Origin: Bugula neritina | Lineage: Eukaryota; Animalia; Bryozoa | DNA: 64,000 bases | Assembly (NCBI GenBank): GCA_964035545.1 | Contig: OZ037766.1 | Location: forward strand, 14,002,722-14,066,721 | Reading direction: 5' to 3' | Shown here: one piece after another, positions 11,701-25,551 of the stretch | How positions within the stretch are numbered: position 1 is the first letter of the stretch | Layout: each line of letters begins with the position of its first letter | The notes under the pieces: generated by a model | Database searches by the model: none | Told to the model about the DNA's origin: nothing | The model's input: the letters and a program-made list of their open reading frames with translations, nothing else | Made by a program: the position numbers and the translations under genes

Positions 11701-14700
11701 GTATTGTTGTTGGTGTCGTAGTCTTGGTTCTAATCATCATCGTCATCGTCGTGTGTGTGGTTAAGAACAGAAAAAGCTCATCTAGCCAGGCAGAGAAAGC
11801 TAAAGCTGCTCAAGCACGAAAAGCCAGTGAGTAGATTCGTGTTTACTAACAGTTGACGATAGCAGACTAATATAACAAAAGTAGAAAGTGATGCACATAG
11901 AAGCGATTACTCATATGCCATTGATTATTGACAAAAGTTTGTATGTCTGATTGGTTTTAATTTCACTCTGATATATGTTGGTACACAATGCAAGAGCATC
12001 AATTTAAATAACTCTTCATATATTGCATCAAGCAAGTGAAGGCATAATCATTCTACCATTAAGTTATCAGTGATTTAAATGTTTAGTTGTCAGTAGTTGA
12101 ATGACCACGGCTCATGTTTATTGAAATTTGTTCCTTTCTTTCCAGGTGACGATAGAACTGATGACACTCGATTTCAGTAAGTTTTCAGTTACTAAATCTT
12201 CATATCTGCTGGTGTGGGCTCCTGTTATTCATGAATGGTAATACACTGACTAATTATTTTTGTTACCATGGAAACCAACTTGTCAACCTGCCCATCCAAG
12301 AAAAGTAGCTTTATGTAGCAGTTCTAGTTGTTTTGTTACTAGGTTTTCTGAATAACATCACTATAAGGTGTCTTATAAAGATGGTCTTAACACCAAACGT
12401 CTGTTACATATTACATGGAATTTATCTGCTGTGTTGCATTGCATACTACAAATTCTATGACACTGCTTGCTGAGATATTATAATTCCTTTATAACGTTAC
12501 ACTTTTATGGCAACTTTTTAGAGGGTATATAAACCTGAAATATATTTAGTTGAAATGATCAACACCACAGTTGTAAAATTTCTGTTTTTATAAGAGATAG
12601 AGTTGCATATATTCATATATCATATTACATATTATGTAGTATAAAAACAAGAATGATAATCTACAAATTATCATTCAGAATATTAACTTTTCTCTTTTAG
12701 ATCAAATGCATCTATTCATGGCGCAGGCAGCAATCCTATGGATAGAACCACATATAGCGAAAACGCCACATTGCAGATGGAAAACAGATATGTAAGTTAT
12801 CTTTGATGTCTATAGAGTTATTGAACACTTACTGGCTGAGATTGTTGATGTAGCAAGCTCTCATCTAAATGTCACTCATTTACAAACTTGCAATATTTTT
12901 ACTGGAAAAATAGGGGCTAAGCAGTTATTTGATTTGCAATTAAACGAACTAGAGTTATTTAAACTTTGTATTTAAATAATTAGATCAAAACTTGATTAAT
13001 TAAAATTTAATTAATGTTAATATGCTGAATAGATCAAACTATAAATTAACTGTATGGCTGTGAAATTTCTTGTATCAACTGTTATATCTGTACGCAGGCT
13101 TAATGAAGTCTAACTAAATCTAAATCTCTACTAATGGATGCATAGAGCTGGTTTACACTAACTAAAGTTATTGCTCTCATAAACTATACAAATCTTGCTA
13201 CTATAGCTATAACACAGATCTGGCTGTCCAACAGGCGAGCCCCAGGGCCTGATGTGGCCCTGGGGCTGTCCAACAGGCGAGCCCCAGGGCCTGATGTGGC
13301 CCGCAGCTTACATTTATGTGGCCCTCCAAAGCATAAAGCTAACATTATTTTTCACAGTATACATGAATGAGAGTGAAAAACCACCTTTTAAATGCCTTTT
13401 TATACCCATGCTACAAAACAAGCCTACATTGACTATTGGGATCTTATTATGTAATGACTCATAAGAATTTAGAATGAAAATTAATAATTTACAACTACTC
13501 ACGCTGTGGCACAAGCTAAAGTTTACAATGTGGCCCTCACCATGGGATATTCCCGTTCAGTGACCCTAGATCTGAAAAGGTTAGACACCCCTGCAGTGGG
13601 TATAAAAGGTTCAACTTTTAAGAAACCAAATTATCAATTTAGTTTCAAAAAATCCTTAACATAACAAATTGAGCAAACTAAAATGGTGTTGCTATTTAAG
13701 ATTCCATTACTACAAATACAGCCCAGACCACTGCAATTCTGTTGATTATAAAATTATACAAATATTTTTCACTGGTAAACATCATCACTGCATCAGTTTG
13801 CAAGCCTGGGTGGGTTAGCCAGTATACTCAGGGGGTGGGTTAGTCAGTATACTCAGGGGGTGGGTTAGTCAGTATACTCAGGGGGTGGGTTAGTCAGTAT
13901 ACTCAGGGGGTGGGTTAGTCAGTATACTCAGGGGGTGGGCTAGTCAGTATACTCAAGGGGTGGGCTAGTCAGTATACTCAGGGGGTGGGTTAGTCAGTAT
14001 ACTCAGGGGGTGAATTAACAGGCAAGATATGTTTTTAAATGATATTTAAGTAAGAATTGTTCTAGCATTACGTAAACAGGAAAACCCAATTTTTCTTTCA
14101 TATTTGCCTACTAAAACTGTGAAAAGATTTATATATTTAAAAAATGAAATGAGCCCTTGATTTATTGCTTGGCATGCTCATAGCCTTTCAGTTGCCAACA
14201 TAATATCAACTGGTAGTATGGGTATCAAAAAAGAGGAAGTGGCAAAAAGCGACTATTGTCAGCAGCAAAATGAAAGTAAAATGATACTCCGCAATGCCAG
14301 CTAATTTGCATCATAATACTTCATAAGTTGACATTACCGTAGACAAAGTGTCAACCCCAGCCCTGACTTTGGTGATACAGTGAAGGAAGAAGTTTGTTAC
14401 TTGATGGAGTTGAATTATTTATATATATGTGCGTGTGTGTGATCTAGGCCCTTAAGCTATTTTGAGTATAGAGTGTAGCCTGTAGGTATCAATAAATGAT
14501 TTTACAGTTGAATAGTGTTACCAGTATTGCTAGGCTACATGTATAGCCACTTATGATGAGTAATACTAAATATTGTCACTGTACAGTGTGTACACTTTTA
14601 TTTGGGAATGCAGAATATGTTTTTTTTGCTGGTTTTTGATCAGATGCAGAATTACTTCAACTTACATAAATTGCTACTTTAATTTCAAGAGCTATAGGTT

Positions 14701-17700
14701 TTGCTGTGGGAATATAATTGTTATTTCCGTAAGAGGGGAATGAAGGCACAAATACTATCTACTTTAGAGGTAGACATCTGGCCAAGAATTATGTTGCATA
14801 GGTAATAAATGCATCTAAGAGTGTCCAACACATGATCTGCATAATAAAACAATTTATCTTCCATTCCTACGTAACAATTAACTATCAAAACTAAGATTTC
14901 AGGTTTTTGGCAAGAATGAGTCTAAAAATTTTATAAGCTGTAAACTATAAAAACCTATTTTTCTAAGAATTAAGTCACACAACTCAAAATTAGCTTTCTA
15001 CAAGTATTTCAGCTATATACTACAATAATATGTAATAGTGTTAACGTTAAATAGTTTCTGATTCTTGCTCTAATGTAACTATATTATTAGTTTTTTAGCA
15101 TTGGCATTTCTTATATAAAATTTATATCATCTGTCATATGTGTTATCGAGTATATTGACAACCTCCATGTTTAGAAATCACAAATAAGCTTTGAAAAAAC
15201 AATGTTTTTATAACATTTGAAATTTCATTTGATAAAAGTTGGTTGTTTGTCAGTAAGTTGACTATATTATTGTGAAACCTAAGTATTCTTGTTTTAAATT
15301 ATGAGTGTTTTATAATTTCGACGAGCTGAGACAGTAAAAAAATATAGCTTCGCTCCAAAGCCTAAGCAATTTTCATTTCATAGTTTCAACGGCAAAAAAA
15401 TTGGGACTTACAACTACCACTACTTTTCCTTCATCCCAGTCTGTAGCTGGCTGGCTAGTAAGTGAAGTACTTATTTCATAATAAAATGCATTACCATATA
15501 TGCATGTCAACTGTACATCCTATAGCAGTGATTAACTTTGCCATTAATCATAACTGAAACATCCTTTGTTACAGCCGAGCTCATCCGACCTACTTAACAT
15601 CCACAGCTCAGCTGTGGACAATTGACTTTTAACTTTAGACTAAATTAGACTGCAAGTAATTCACATTGACTTCTCTGTAAATTAAAAATTGCTTGTTTTA
15701 GTTCCAACCTGACCCTCTCTCTGTTTGGTTTAATATGTCAGTGGCTAATAGAATCACATATAATTAATAATGAACATGAATAGAAGAAACCTGACAACTT
15801 TCTGCTAGCTTGATCAATGTGAGCACAAGTGCAAAACAAGAAGTAGTATATATACTAAAAAGTCAATATTTATATGAATATTGTTGAATTGGAAGAATTA
15901 ATTTGTGAATTGCTCAATGACAAAAGTTTGTGTCTTTTCAGAGGGAAAATGATTGATATATATATAAATCTATATTTTGTACATTCCCTACATGACCTCG
16001 TTATATGGCTATAAAGTTTTTGCCTACTTCACATAAAGCTGCTATAGTTCATAATATGGCTGCATGTTTTGCATCTCAGGTACTGCAAGGAACGACTTGC
16101 TATTAGCAAGTTGAGTTACTAGTATTTCTTGAGGTGATTCATGTTTACTTACTGCCTTCAATATTCTTCTCTTTTTACTCCCAAGGGGTCTCCATAAACT
16201 ATGGTATCAGCTTTTGTAAGCTGCCTTTTGTTATAATACAATTCATTTGAAATTATTGAGCTATTGCCTTTTGTTTGTTGTTGCTTTGTTCCGTGGCTTT
16301 CCTCTTAACTTATGAATAATAAGTAAACCAGCTTGGCTTAATGTACAAAGACAAGTAGGTTACAATGTAGCCAGTGGGCTTAAGACTGCTTACACCTTGT
16401 GTATCAACAGCACGCTGTTAGCCATAAAGATTTGTATGTTAGTATAAACGTAGCAATTTCCTCACAGTTATATTCCTTCTTAGAGGATGTTCTCAAGTTT
16501 AATAGCATTTATAAAAAAAACCTAGTGACAGGTTTATCAACTCAATTCCTTGTGAACTCTACACTAACTGTACACATCACGGAAGGTTCTGTACAGAACA
16601 TTTCTTGCTAACATGCTGAATATTTTGGTGCAAAATTTGATTGAGACATTTTGACTGACACCACACACCCCTCCTCCCTCATGCAACACTGAAACCATGG
16701 TTTGGGAGTGACTTGAATTTTTTTGCATTTGAATTGTGGCTTGACTTGTTAGCCAGTAAATCACTTGCTTTAACTTTGACCAAGCTTTGACAATTAGCTA
16801 TAAATGCATGCTAAGTTGGGGTAGACAGACTGGACTGGTTTGATTTTGTTTGATGATATAAGCAAGAGTTACCTATTAATTTACTCCCAAGCCAACGTCT
16901 TATATAATTATTGTCTGAAGTAAAGGTGCAGAGCTGTAGTTTTCTTGATTAATTCTATTTATTTCTGATGTTTATGGTGCCTCTAAAGTCTAAAGTAAAC
17001 CAAACAGTCTCTAAATAAAAATGTCAAACCACCATTAGATATATAAGCTGGGGGAAAGCCTGCACCTTGTCTATACCTAAGGCCATAATAAGGGACTGAA
17101 AACAATCAAATCTCCAGATAAAATATATTAAGTGAATAGTCATTTCGACTTTCTAAAGAAGCAGACACTATTGCCAAATTTTCTGCTCAGTTACTTTTCA
17201 TACACAAAGAACTTTGACAGCAAATTCATATATTTTCATTCAATTTATTAGTGCAGATTAAGTAAAGTAAAATATGTGTATATATTATATACATGACTTC
17301 AGTATAATGCAGCCAAAATGATTATTACATCTGAAACCTAATCAATGTTTTTGCAAAATAATAATGATAGTAGGACTGTGAAATATTTAGCTACTAATAT
17401 GAATGTACCTACATCAGCTAATGTTTCAGTAGCAATATTGTCTGCACATATAGAATAATTCTGTCAATCTTGCTAAGTTGATGCTGAAAAAAGCAATATT
17501 CTACTCAATTACTAAAACAAATTTGTTCTTGTATGTTGATAATGTAAAAGCTCTAGGTTGTTTAAACAATTTTTTCTATATACCTTATAGAACAACATGG
17601 GCCAGTATGCTGATGTCATAGATGATAGACCCAGGAGTAGAAAGCCAATAGCAGCATTTGATGAAATGATGCTTGATGATGGGGCACCTAATTATGATGG

Positions 17701-17815
17701 AGCACCTAATTATGATGGACCGCCAGCCTATGTGGAGACAAATCCATATAGATCAGACCCTAGTTACATGAGTTACTCATCTGTTTATGGGGCCTCATAT
17801 GGAGCCCCCTGCTAA
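5717..17815 (+). CDS. Immunoglobulin-superfamily type I membrane protein (signal peptide, three Ig-like domains, TM, Tyr-rich tail); nectin/fasciclin-3/SynCAM-like architecture
   Basis: In-frame exons 5717-5783, 7174-7364, 7934-8165, 8485-8631, 8782-8940, 9290-9456, 9794-9884, (10036-10059 possible), 11070-11108, 11653-11826 (TM IAGIVVGVVVLVLIIIVIVVCVV), 12146-12176, 12701-12791, 17591-17815. Ig motifs: EGDAVSFECTS..ARPVP, LRCEVDN, YGP, GDSVTLTCSMDGYP..YKW, GSYTCVGTN. Extra exons cannot be excluded. Confidence 0.85.
13222..13593. mobile_element. hAT-like MITE remnant with internal 39-bp duplication
   Basis: Left GGCTGTCCAACAGGCGAGCCCCAGGGCCTGATGTGGCCC is present twice (13222-13260, 13264-13302). 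Right end AAAAGGTTAGACACCCCTG is typical of hAT/Charlie MITE termini (CAGGGGTGTCCAAC). No clear 8-bp TSD. Confidence 0.65.
13808..14012. repeat. 25-bp G-rich minisatellite, ~8 copies
   Basis: Unit GGGGGTGGGTTAGTCAGTATACTCA with rare variants. Confidence 0.95.
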
Positions 17816-19546
17816 TGAAAAGAAATAGACATTAAAATATCCATAGTGCTATATTGAGTAAGACTTCTTCTTATACACAGTTGGAGTTATTGAAGAAAGA
17901 ATCGGCCTGTTTCTACTGAAGCTCCTATGAAATCAACAATTTAAATAATTTTGAAGGTTTTAAAATATTATTGAGACTTGTCTTCTCTTTTTGCATTTGC
18001 AAGAGAGAATAACTATAAGTTAAGAGACTATAATATATGTAATCAGGATTTTAAAATCTCACTTATGCCATAAATTTCATGGTTATAAACAGGAGACTTG
18101 AATCAAAGAAGTTTATTCTACATATAATCATCATAATTTCCATTTACACAACATTTCTTTTTTTACATTCCATTAAGACTATTTTAAATAGCTCATATAA
18201 ATTAAGTAGTTTGCCACCCATTTCTATATCATATATTATCATTACTATAGTATGTATTAGAATATTTGCTGACTTTTACACGTTTTGTTATATTATCATA
18301 ATACACTTATACATAAATGCTTACATTATTTTTTTTATAAAAAAATAAATATACACTTTTATTCACAGAATTTAAATTATATTATGCAAGTTTCAATAAT
18401 TGGCACGGAACAATTATGAAGAGTGTTAGCACACAGCGTTTGAGAAAAGAAAATTGCTCCTATTTGATAAGTTTGTTCCTGTAATCTTGTAAATAATAAG
18501 TTTACTCTCAATGCCTGATAATAAACCTCATTCAAGTTATGCAACTAGGAAGAATTTTTAGATGTAAATGGTTAAACCTTAAAGTTACATCTTAAATAAA
18601 AATCCGATTTGTTCAGAACAACTTTTTTAAACCAATTTTGAGTTTTACAAATTTTTTTCAGTTAAATTAGCTACTCTAATTGATGAAAATCAGCATAAAA
18701 TAATTGCAAAAATATGTAATTGTTGCTCTTGAAAAAAGGAATGCTGAAAGTCTTCAGTTTATTAGTATAGAGAATATAAATTTCAAACTTTTAAAATAAA
18801 GCAAGTATACTGCTGATGATGGGCAAAATAACTGTCACTTTGAAAAATTAAATAAACACCAAATTTACAAACTTTTATTATAACAACAATTTCCTTGTTT
18901 TTGATTCAGCAGTTTTTAGGGTTACACTTAGTGCCCTTTCGTTGTAAATGCAAACTTTGGAATATGGAATAAACTTACTTGATGAAATGCCAACAGATGT
19001 ATAAGCTTTGTGCAGTGTAATATATTGTTATATCACAATTAAAAAATTTCAGCAACAATAATTGTTTCAACAAGTTTTTAAACCTATAAAACTATAATTA
19101 ATTTGCAAAATACTTTGGGGAAAAAAGTGTAGATTATGCAACATATTAAAGAATCTGTTGATGAAAAGCACCTAAAATGGTGAGTAGTAAAAATCACAAC
19201 TTTGCCAAAATATGGAAAGTTCAACTGACAGCAACCTGTCATATTTGCAGGCTTGACATGACAGAACAGATTATTAAACATATAAAAATAGTGTTGCTCC
19301 CTATTCTTTATAGATAATTAAAAAATTAGTTTGGTCCAAAGTCTATTTCTGGCATCAATGCTACCCTGTTACTATAAAACTAGAAGCAGCATATTACTGT
19401 GACAGTATAGCTATTACCTAAAATGTTTCTTTATACTAACATGATTATATCAACTATGTATACCTGACGCAGTTGTATAAAGGCACCAATTTTCTAACTA
19501 CCTAGAGGGTTATAATACATGCAAGAGAAATCCACACTCCCAATTA

Positions 19547-22500
19547 TTATGTTAGATCATCCATCACGCCAACTTCACTGAATATGTCAATGAGTGTCTG
19601 TATTCCCTGCAGATAGCCTACGTCAGGACCTGTGCCAGTGTTGTGTGATTGTGTGGGGTCATATTCAGCATGAGCAAAGTCTACAGCCCTCACGTCAACG
19701 GTGTTAGCTTGAGTTGCATCAGGAGCGCCATCGTACATGATGAGCAGAGAGCTAGAGTAGAATCTCATAGTATCCTGCTGAGAGACGCACTGGTAGAACT
19801 GACTCAACTTGTCACATATGGGCTTAGCTAGACTCTGTACTGACGCAGCATGAGTGTGTATGAAATTCAACACTTGCTCTTTGAACTGATGGTCTGTAAA
19901 TTCGAGTGCTTGATGCTTAGTTAGTGTCTCGAACTTTTTATTTTGCAGGTTGTATTTCTAAAAATAGACTCAAAACAATAATATTGGTTCAAAATTAAAA
20001 TAGCATGAATAATAATTACTACAAGAAGCTAAGGGACAGAGTAAAAGATAAAAAGTTTATTCATCATCAATAATAGCCTTTAAATAGAGATGCAAGGATT
20101 GCTCTATTGATGCCCAGTACAATGAGTGGTATCTATATAGTAGACTGGAATATAGTACACTGAGTCACTTGCATACCTGCATGCCATGAATCCGCAGCCC
20201 AAGTGATTTACTAGTGGAAATATCACACCGCTGCTGTTTACGTAAACGTTTTTCTTCATTATCATCTTCACCATGAGTGCGAGTGCCCATCTTTAGGTCA
20301 AGCACAGATGGCATGTTATAGTTGGACACCAAGTTTTCTAGTAGAATAAACCCTATAATAAAACATAACACTTTTTTGGTAAATTTGTATGAAAGACTTA
20401 ACAGAATAATTATAATGAATGCAATGAAAACCTGTAGAGCCTGTAGAATATGAATTTGGTTAAAACCGTATTAGCTCACATATTCCTTAACCTAGCTACT
20501 GCTCAATACAAATTTGCAGAAAAACTAGAATTATGAAAACAAACAATCTAAAATATTAATTAATGTTGTGACAACTTCAGTAATAAAAAGCTGGGAGTAA
20601 AAATGAAATACTTTTTGCTTTTGTAGAAAGCTAAAAGAAAAAGATTTGACCTAATTATCACACTTGCCCAGGGTTATACATGACTATCAACAGTTGTATA
20701 GAGTAATATAGGTTATAAATTGAATGGCAAGCGATCATTTTCTGACATCAAACACGTTACCAGCTCTGGGATGACATAATATACAATATCACCATGCAGT
20801 ACTATTATTATATTATAATACAGAATTTGGCTAGATTAAGTTTCCTATGAATGGAAATACAATCAGCACCATTAGGCAAACCTTTCATCACTCTTGCAAC
20901 ATTACATTAGTCAAATTAGTCAGCTCATTTTACAAAAAATGAAAAGTGAATAGAGAGGTACCAAACAAAATCTCAACAATTTTGTAGTTTCATATGCCAT
21001 GAGTATAATTTATAGCAAAACCAACTCTGTTTGAAGGAGCCTATATACAATTTGACAGAAATTGGTATTTATTGGAAAAAACTCCGCAAAATATTACATG
21101 TGTAACAACTTGAATTTTTACTCCTTTTTTGTACCATTCGCTGTATTCAAGAGTGAACTTTTGCAGATAATTACACTAAATGCTTGATCAGTGATGTCGA
21201 TATTGCTTAATATCTATAATTATCCGTTAACAGTTTTGATGAGCTTATTATACATATATACTCGTATATATGGTCCATGGGTAGCTTATATAAATAAATA
21301 TATATATAATATGATATAGCATTTACTATGGGCTGCATCAGATTGAACATCATTGGCTGTTCTTTGATTAAGTCTTTTTCCTGCTGCCAGTTTTGTATTA
21401 GGGTCATCATAGCATTCTAGACTGCTCCTATCTATCTCAATAGAGCCACTCCTTTTCAACCTCAAACTAGAAAAACACTTAAACTAGAAACTAGGAAGTA
21501 CTCCAAGTAACAGATAAACTAGTAGTGTAAACATGTGTTTTACTAGTTTTTGAAGTTGGCCTGATTGCACCAATGTATTAATGGAACTCCATTGTAACTA
21601 GAAAATATATTACAGAATGGCATAATATTTAAATTTTCTAATATAAGTATTATGTAGTAATAAATTTTTTTTGGATTAAATTCTAATAAATTAGTATAAA
21701 CAAATATCAATATTATAATCATGTATATTTCGTTTTTGCTAAATATGTATTACATGTATTTATAACACAAAACATAATAGTCTGTAATATCAATTAGACA
21801 TAAAAATTATAAAAACAGTAATCATGTTTAGCACTATATAAAAATATTGGCAGAACATGACGTTGTGCAACAGAGAACACAGCAAGTAAAATGTTTAATA
21901 CATTATATGTCTGATCGATGTAACAACGTCATGTCAAATAAGGTCAAATTATGTAAAGAGTGTCAATGGCACAGAACAGAAAAATTAAGTTTCATGTAGC
22001 ATCACAGAATCTGCTTGATATCTAAACTGTAATGTAAAACAAGTCGACTGTTATAGGATTACTTACTCATCTTCATCAAAGTAATCAATAATGTTGGCTT
22101 TGTTAGATGAATATCCTAGCCTTGCACAGTGACTATCACTACCACAAATGGGGAGGCCTAGGAGGGCTAACTGAGAGTTAGGCACTATCCCATAGTAGTG
22201 GATTGTACCATCTACTTGCTCCTCCATCTGCATTTCAATAGAGCCTAGACAACAGAATAAAGGCATACAAAATAAAGTATTGTGACACACCGAGTAATAA
22301 TAGATAGCTTTTCACACTGCTGAAAACAAGAACAAATTACTGTTAAATACTGCTTTTGAACTCTGGTATCACTGCATTGCAGGAAGGCAAAACAGTGCTA
22401 GTTCAGTCAAAATTATATTCTTTTTCAAACATATTGTTTTGAAAAGATAATTTTCAAAAAATTCAACAATGAATCAAGTTCCTACAACTGCCACAATCAT

Positions 22501-22791
22501 CAGCAAACATTAGGGTAAAAAGTTCAACGGTTCACAAAATTAAATAAAGCTGAAATACCTACGATGACATGTAAACAACTCTCTCTAGCACCCACCTTTG
22601 TATTTAGGAGTAAACTCTTTTAAACTTTCGGGCAAAAGTTTATAAAAGCTATACTCTTTCTCAACCAGAGGCTTGCACAGAGTGTTGAAATCAAACTTGA
22701 ACATGAAGTTAGATCCACTAACTTGGTGTAGAAAGGGGTGTAAGCGAACTTTATACACAAAGTCGGAATACACTTCAGAAGTAGAACTCAT
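19547..22791 (-). CDS. IP6K: Inositol hexakisphosphate kinase (IPK superfamily), ~366 aa
   Basis: Exons (minus) 22791-22596, 22244-22067, 21466-21327, 20352-20177, 19957-19547 join in frame. Motifs: PFLHQVSG..TLCKPL..EFTPKYKG, FILLENL, PSVLDLKMGTR (PxxxDxKxG), RFYSSSLL, VDFAH, GPDVGY. Probable non-coding first exon with donor near 25102. Confidence 0.92.
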
Positions 22792-23889
22792 TGTTTGAGA
22801 GAAACTGATGACAACTACATAAACATAACTGAAACATTTATTGAATGGCATAGATTACAGCCAACAACAAATTAGCACACATTGTTGAGTACAATTGCTA
22901 TATTACGCATAAACTCAGTAACCAAGCTGATGAAATCTTGTTAGTAGAGTTTTACTTGTGGCTTCATTTGATTAGATGTACTGAAATAATCAAAAAGTTG
23001 CATCAGTCATAACCTACAGTCAGCAGCACAGACGTTGTAAATTTTAGATACAGGGATGGCTATTTTTAATTTTGAAAACGTGAAACATTTACCAACATCT
23101 CCTTTTATTGCCACAGTCACATATTGTCACATATTTTCAACGATTCTCTAAAGGAAAACATAAATGAATTAAGTTTTTATTAACATAAAAGTAGCTTGAT
23201 CAAAAGACAGTGCAACAACTTATATTTAAACTTAAACATAGTTGGTTTATATCCAAATTTTAAATGCTATAGTATTCATACTAATTTAAAGTTAATTGAT
23301 TTATAAGATCTACCCAAGAATTAAGTAGTTAAAATAATATCAACAATAAAACAAATTCAATGCAAAATGTTAATAAAACTGTTATCTAATTATTTACATC
23401 AGAGCTCAGTCCAAATCAAATTAATTTTCGAGTTGTTAAAATCATCAACTTGATTTGAAATTTTTTATTGAGTTGCTGCTAGTCTTTATAATTTGGGAAA
23501 AAGTCCTAAACTGTTTAATTTAGTTTTTAGCAGATAAAACAAGTCTTCAGATAAATTAGCTGATTCAAAATTATTTAACAGCGTTTTAATAAAAGTTTAC
23601 CCAAGTTTATTCAAAAGTTGACTAGAATTTGAATGCCGTTTGATACTGAATGACTAGTGCAATAAAGACCAATAATATTTTTAAAATTGCTGAAACTAAA
23701 GCTACTAATTTATTATTTAATTTTCTGCTGCTTTATTGCATATATAAACAATTCTCAATTTCTATTAATTGCATGTAATATATAAAACCAGCTACATGCA
23801 AGTCAATTTAAATTGAATATATTAATGACCATGACTTGACTTGGTCAACAACTAAAACGCTGGCACTTGACTTAGCTTCTCCTAATTAT

Positions 23890-24900
23890 CATTATAACTT
23901 ATGAAAAAATTGTTAATATTAGTATTATACTTAAATTATAAATTGAACTCAAAGCCTATAATTTAAATATATTATTAAGATAGGAGTGGGTATATAATAA
24001 TATTAACCCTCGCAGTAATACCCATACTAATTGTAATAGTAGTAGTAATAGTATAACTATAAATATTAGCAGTACTAATGGCATAAATTAAACTTAGTGT
24101 TACCATATACCTGCGAGTAAAACTATAATAGATACAATACTAATAGTGATAGTAATAGTGTTAGTCTTACTAGTAGTATACCATTACTAAGTCTACTGGT
24201 AATAGCTTTACAACTATTGTAATACTAATAGTAATACTAATAGTATCACAATCACTATTAGTATTACTAACTAATATTAATTGTAAAACTAACTGAAGTG
24301 TAAGGCTAACTCTAAGTGTAACCCTTATAGTTTATACCCATTATTATATTTATTATTAATAATACTATAATTATAAGCATACGTTTTAGCATTATTACTA
24401 GTACTACTACTAGTGGTAGTATTAATATTAATACTACTATTAGTATTAGTATTAGCAACTGTAATAATAATATTATTATTACTCATACTCATAGTGTTCA
24501 CTATTCATGTCTATGTTACTGTTGGCAATTACAACCAGCTGCTTAAACTTAAACTTAATCAGAGCATTCACTTATTAAATAGAATTATATCATCATAAAA
24601 TTAAATATAAATAATAATTATATTTTATTAAATTTAATAAAAAATATTGTTACTTATAGTTATACTTATACTTATAGTTATACTTATAAATAACTTAGTA
24701 GATTTAAATATTGGTCTGCTGATTCAATTCATCACAATTCCCCAATACAATAACTGACATAGCCCCAGGCAGTGTCATTATGATTAATACTATAGTGATG
24801 GTTGCTAATACCAATGGCGTTGGGTTTGAGTGAATCATTATGATTATTCGTTATGATTATCATTGATTTATTCACTTATTGGATTTGGCGATTGCTGATT
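23890..24900. repeat. Degenerate (TNA-NNN)n tract T2 (inferred IP6K first intron)
   Basis: e.g. TAAGGC TAACTC TAAGTG TAACCC TTATAG (24301); TTATAG TTATAC TTATAC TTATAG (24654); TCATTA TGATTA (24835). Confidence 0.85.
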
Positions 24901-25425
24901 GGTGTTGATCTTGCCCTTGGACATATCTAATAAGGAGAATAAGTATCTATTATAATCTACGACACACTAAAATTTTAAAAACAACATTTTGTAGGTAAAA
25001 TTTACCCACCTATCTGTTTCAGCAACTGAAAACATTATGCACTGAAAATGAGCCCAGGCATAATCATGATGATAATTTACTTTGTATCCACATTGAGACT
25101 TACCCGTCGGAAATTTGCTTGATGCAGCACGAAATCTGGGGTAACTGAGTGCAGTGTTTTGCTGGTCGCAGGTTTGGACGTATGCAAACGCTGCGGTTAG
25201 TGACTTCAAACTTTGTGCTATATCTAGCGATCTTCTACTTTTTAGCGCAAATCAATTGTGGTTGTAGCTTGCGCTCTATGATCTTTGCGTGATAGTTGTA
25301 ACCTTTGTTATTATTTTATGGCACAAAACTGTTTTTTTTGGAATTCCAATATTAGAGTTAGTGCAAGTCTTAACAACAACTCCATTCTTTCAAATTTACA
25401 CACATTCCGAGCCAAATTATTTTTT

Positions 25426-25551
25426 TAAGCAGCTCCGAGTTAGGAGTATAAAATTGTTTAAAAATTATGGAGGGGTTCCAAGTTTCAAATTAAACTCCCA
25501 ACTTCAAATTCAAACTACTGCACTCGGTCACTCCTAATTCGGAGCTGCTTA
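25426..25551. mobile_element. Small MITE-like inverted-repeat element
   Basis: TAAGCAGCTCCGAGTTAGGAGT (25426-25447) and ACTCCTAATTCGGAGCTGCTTA (25530-25551) form a 22-bp inverted repeat with 1 mismatch; TWA-type flanks. Confidence 0.65.

Noticed and set aside
13808-14012. Possible CRISPR-like array
   Set aside because: Pure tandem repeat without unique spacers, in a eukaryotic intron.
17714-17731. Functional link between the Ig-tail PPxY motif and the nearby WW-BAG gene
   Set aside because: Genes are >30 kb apart with unrelated genes between; PPxY and WW domains are common, so proximity is not evidence.
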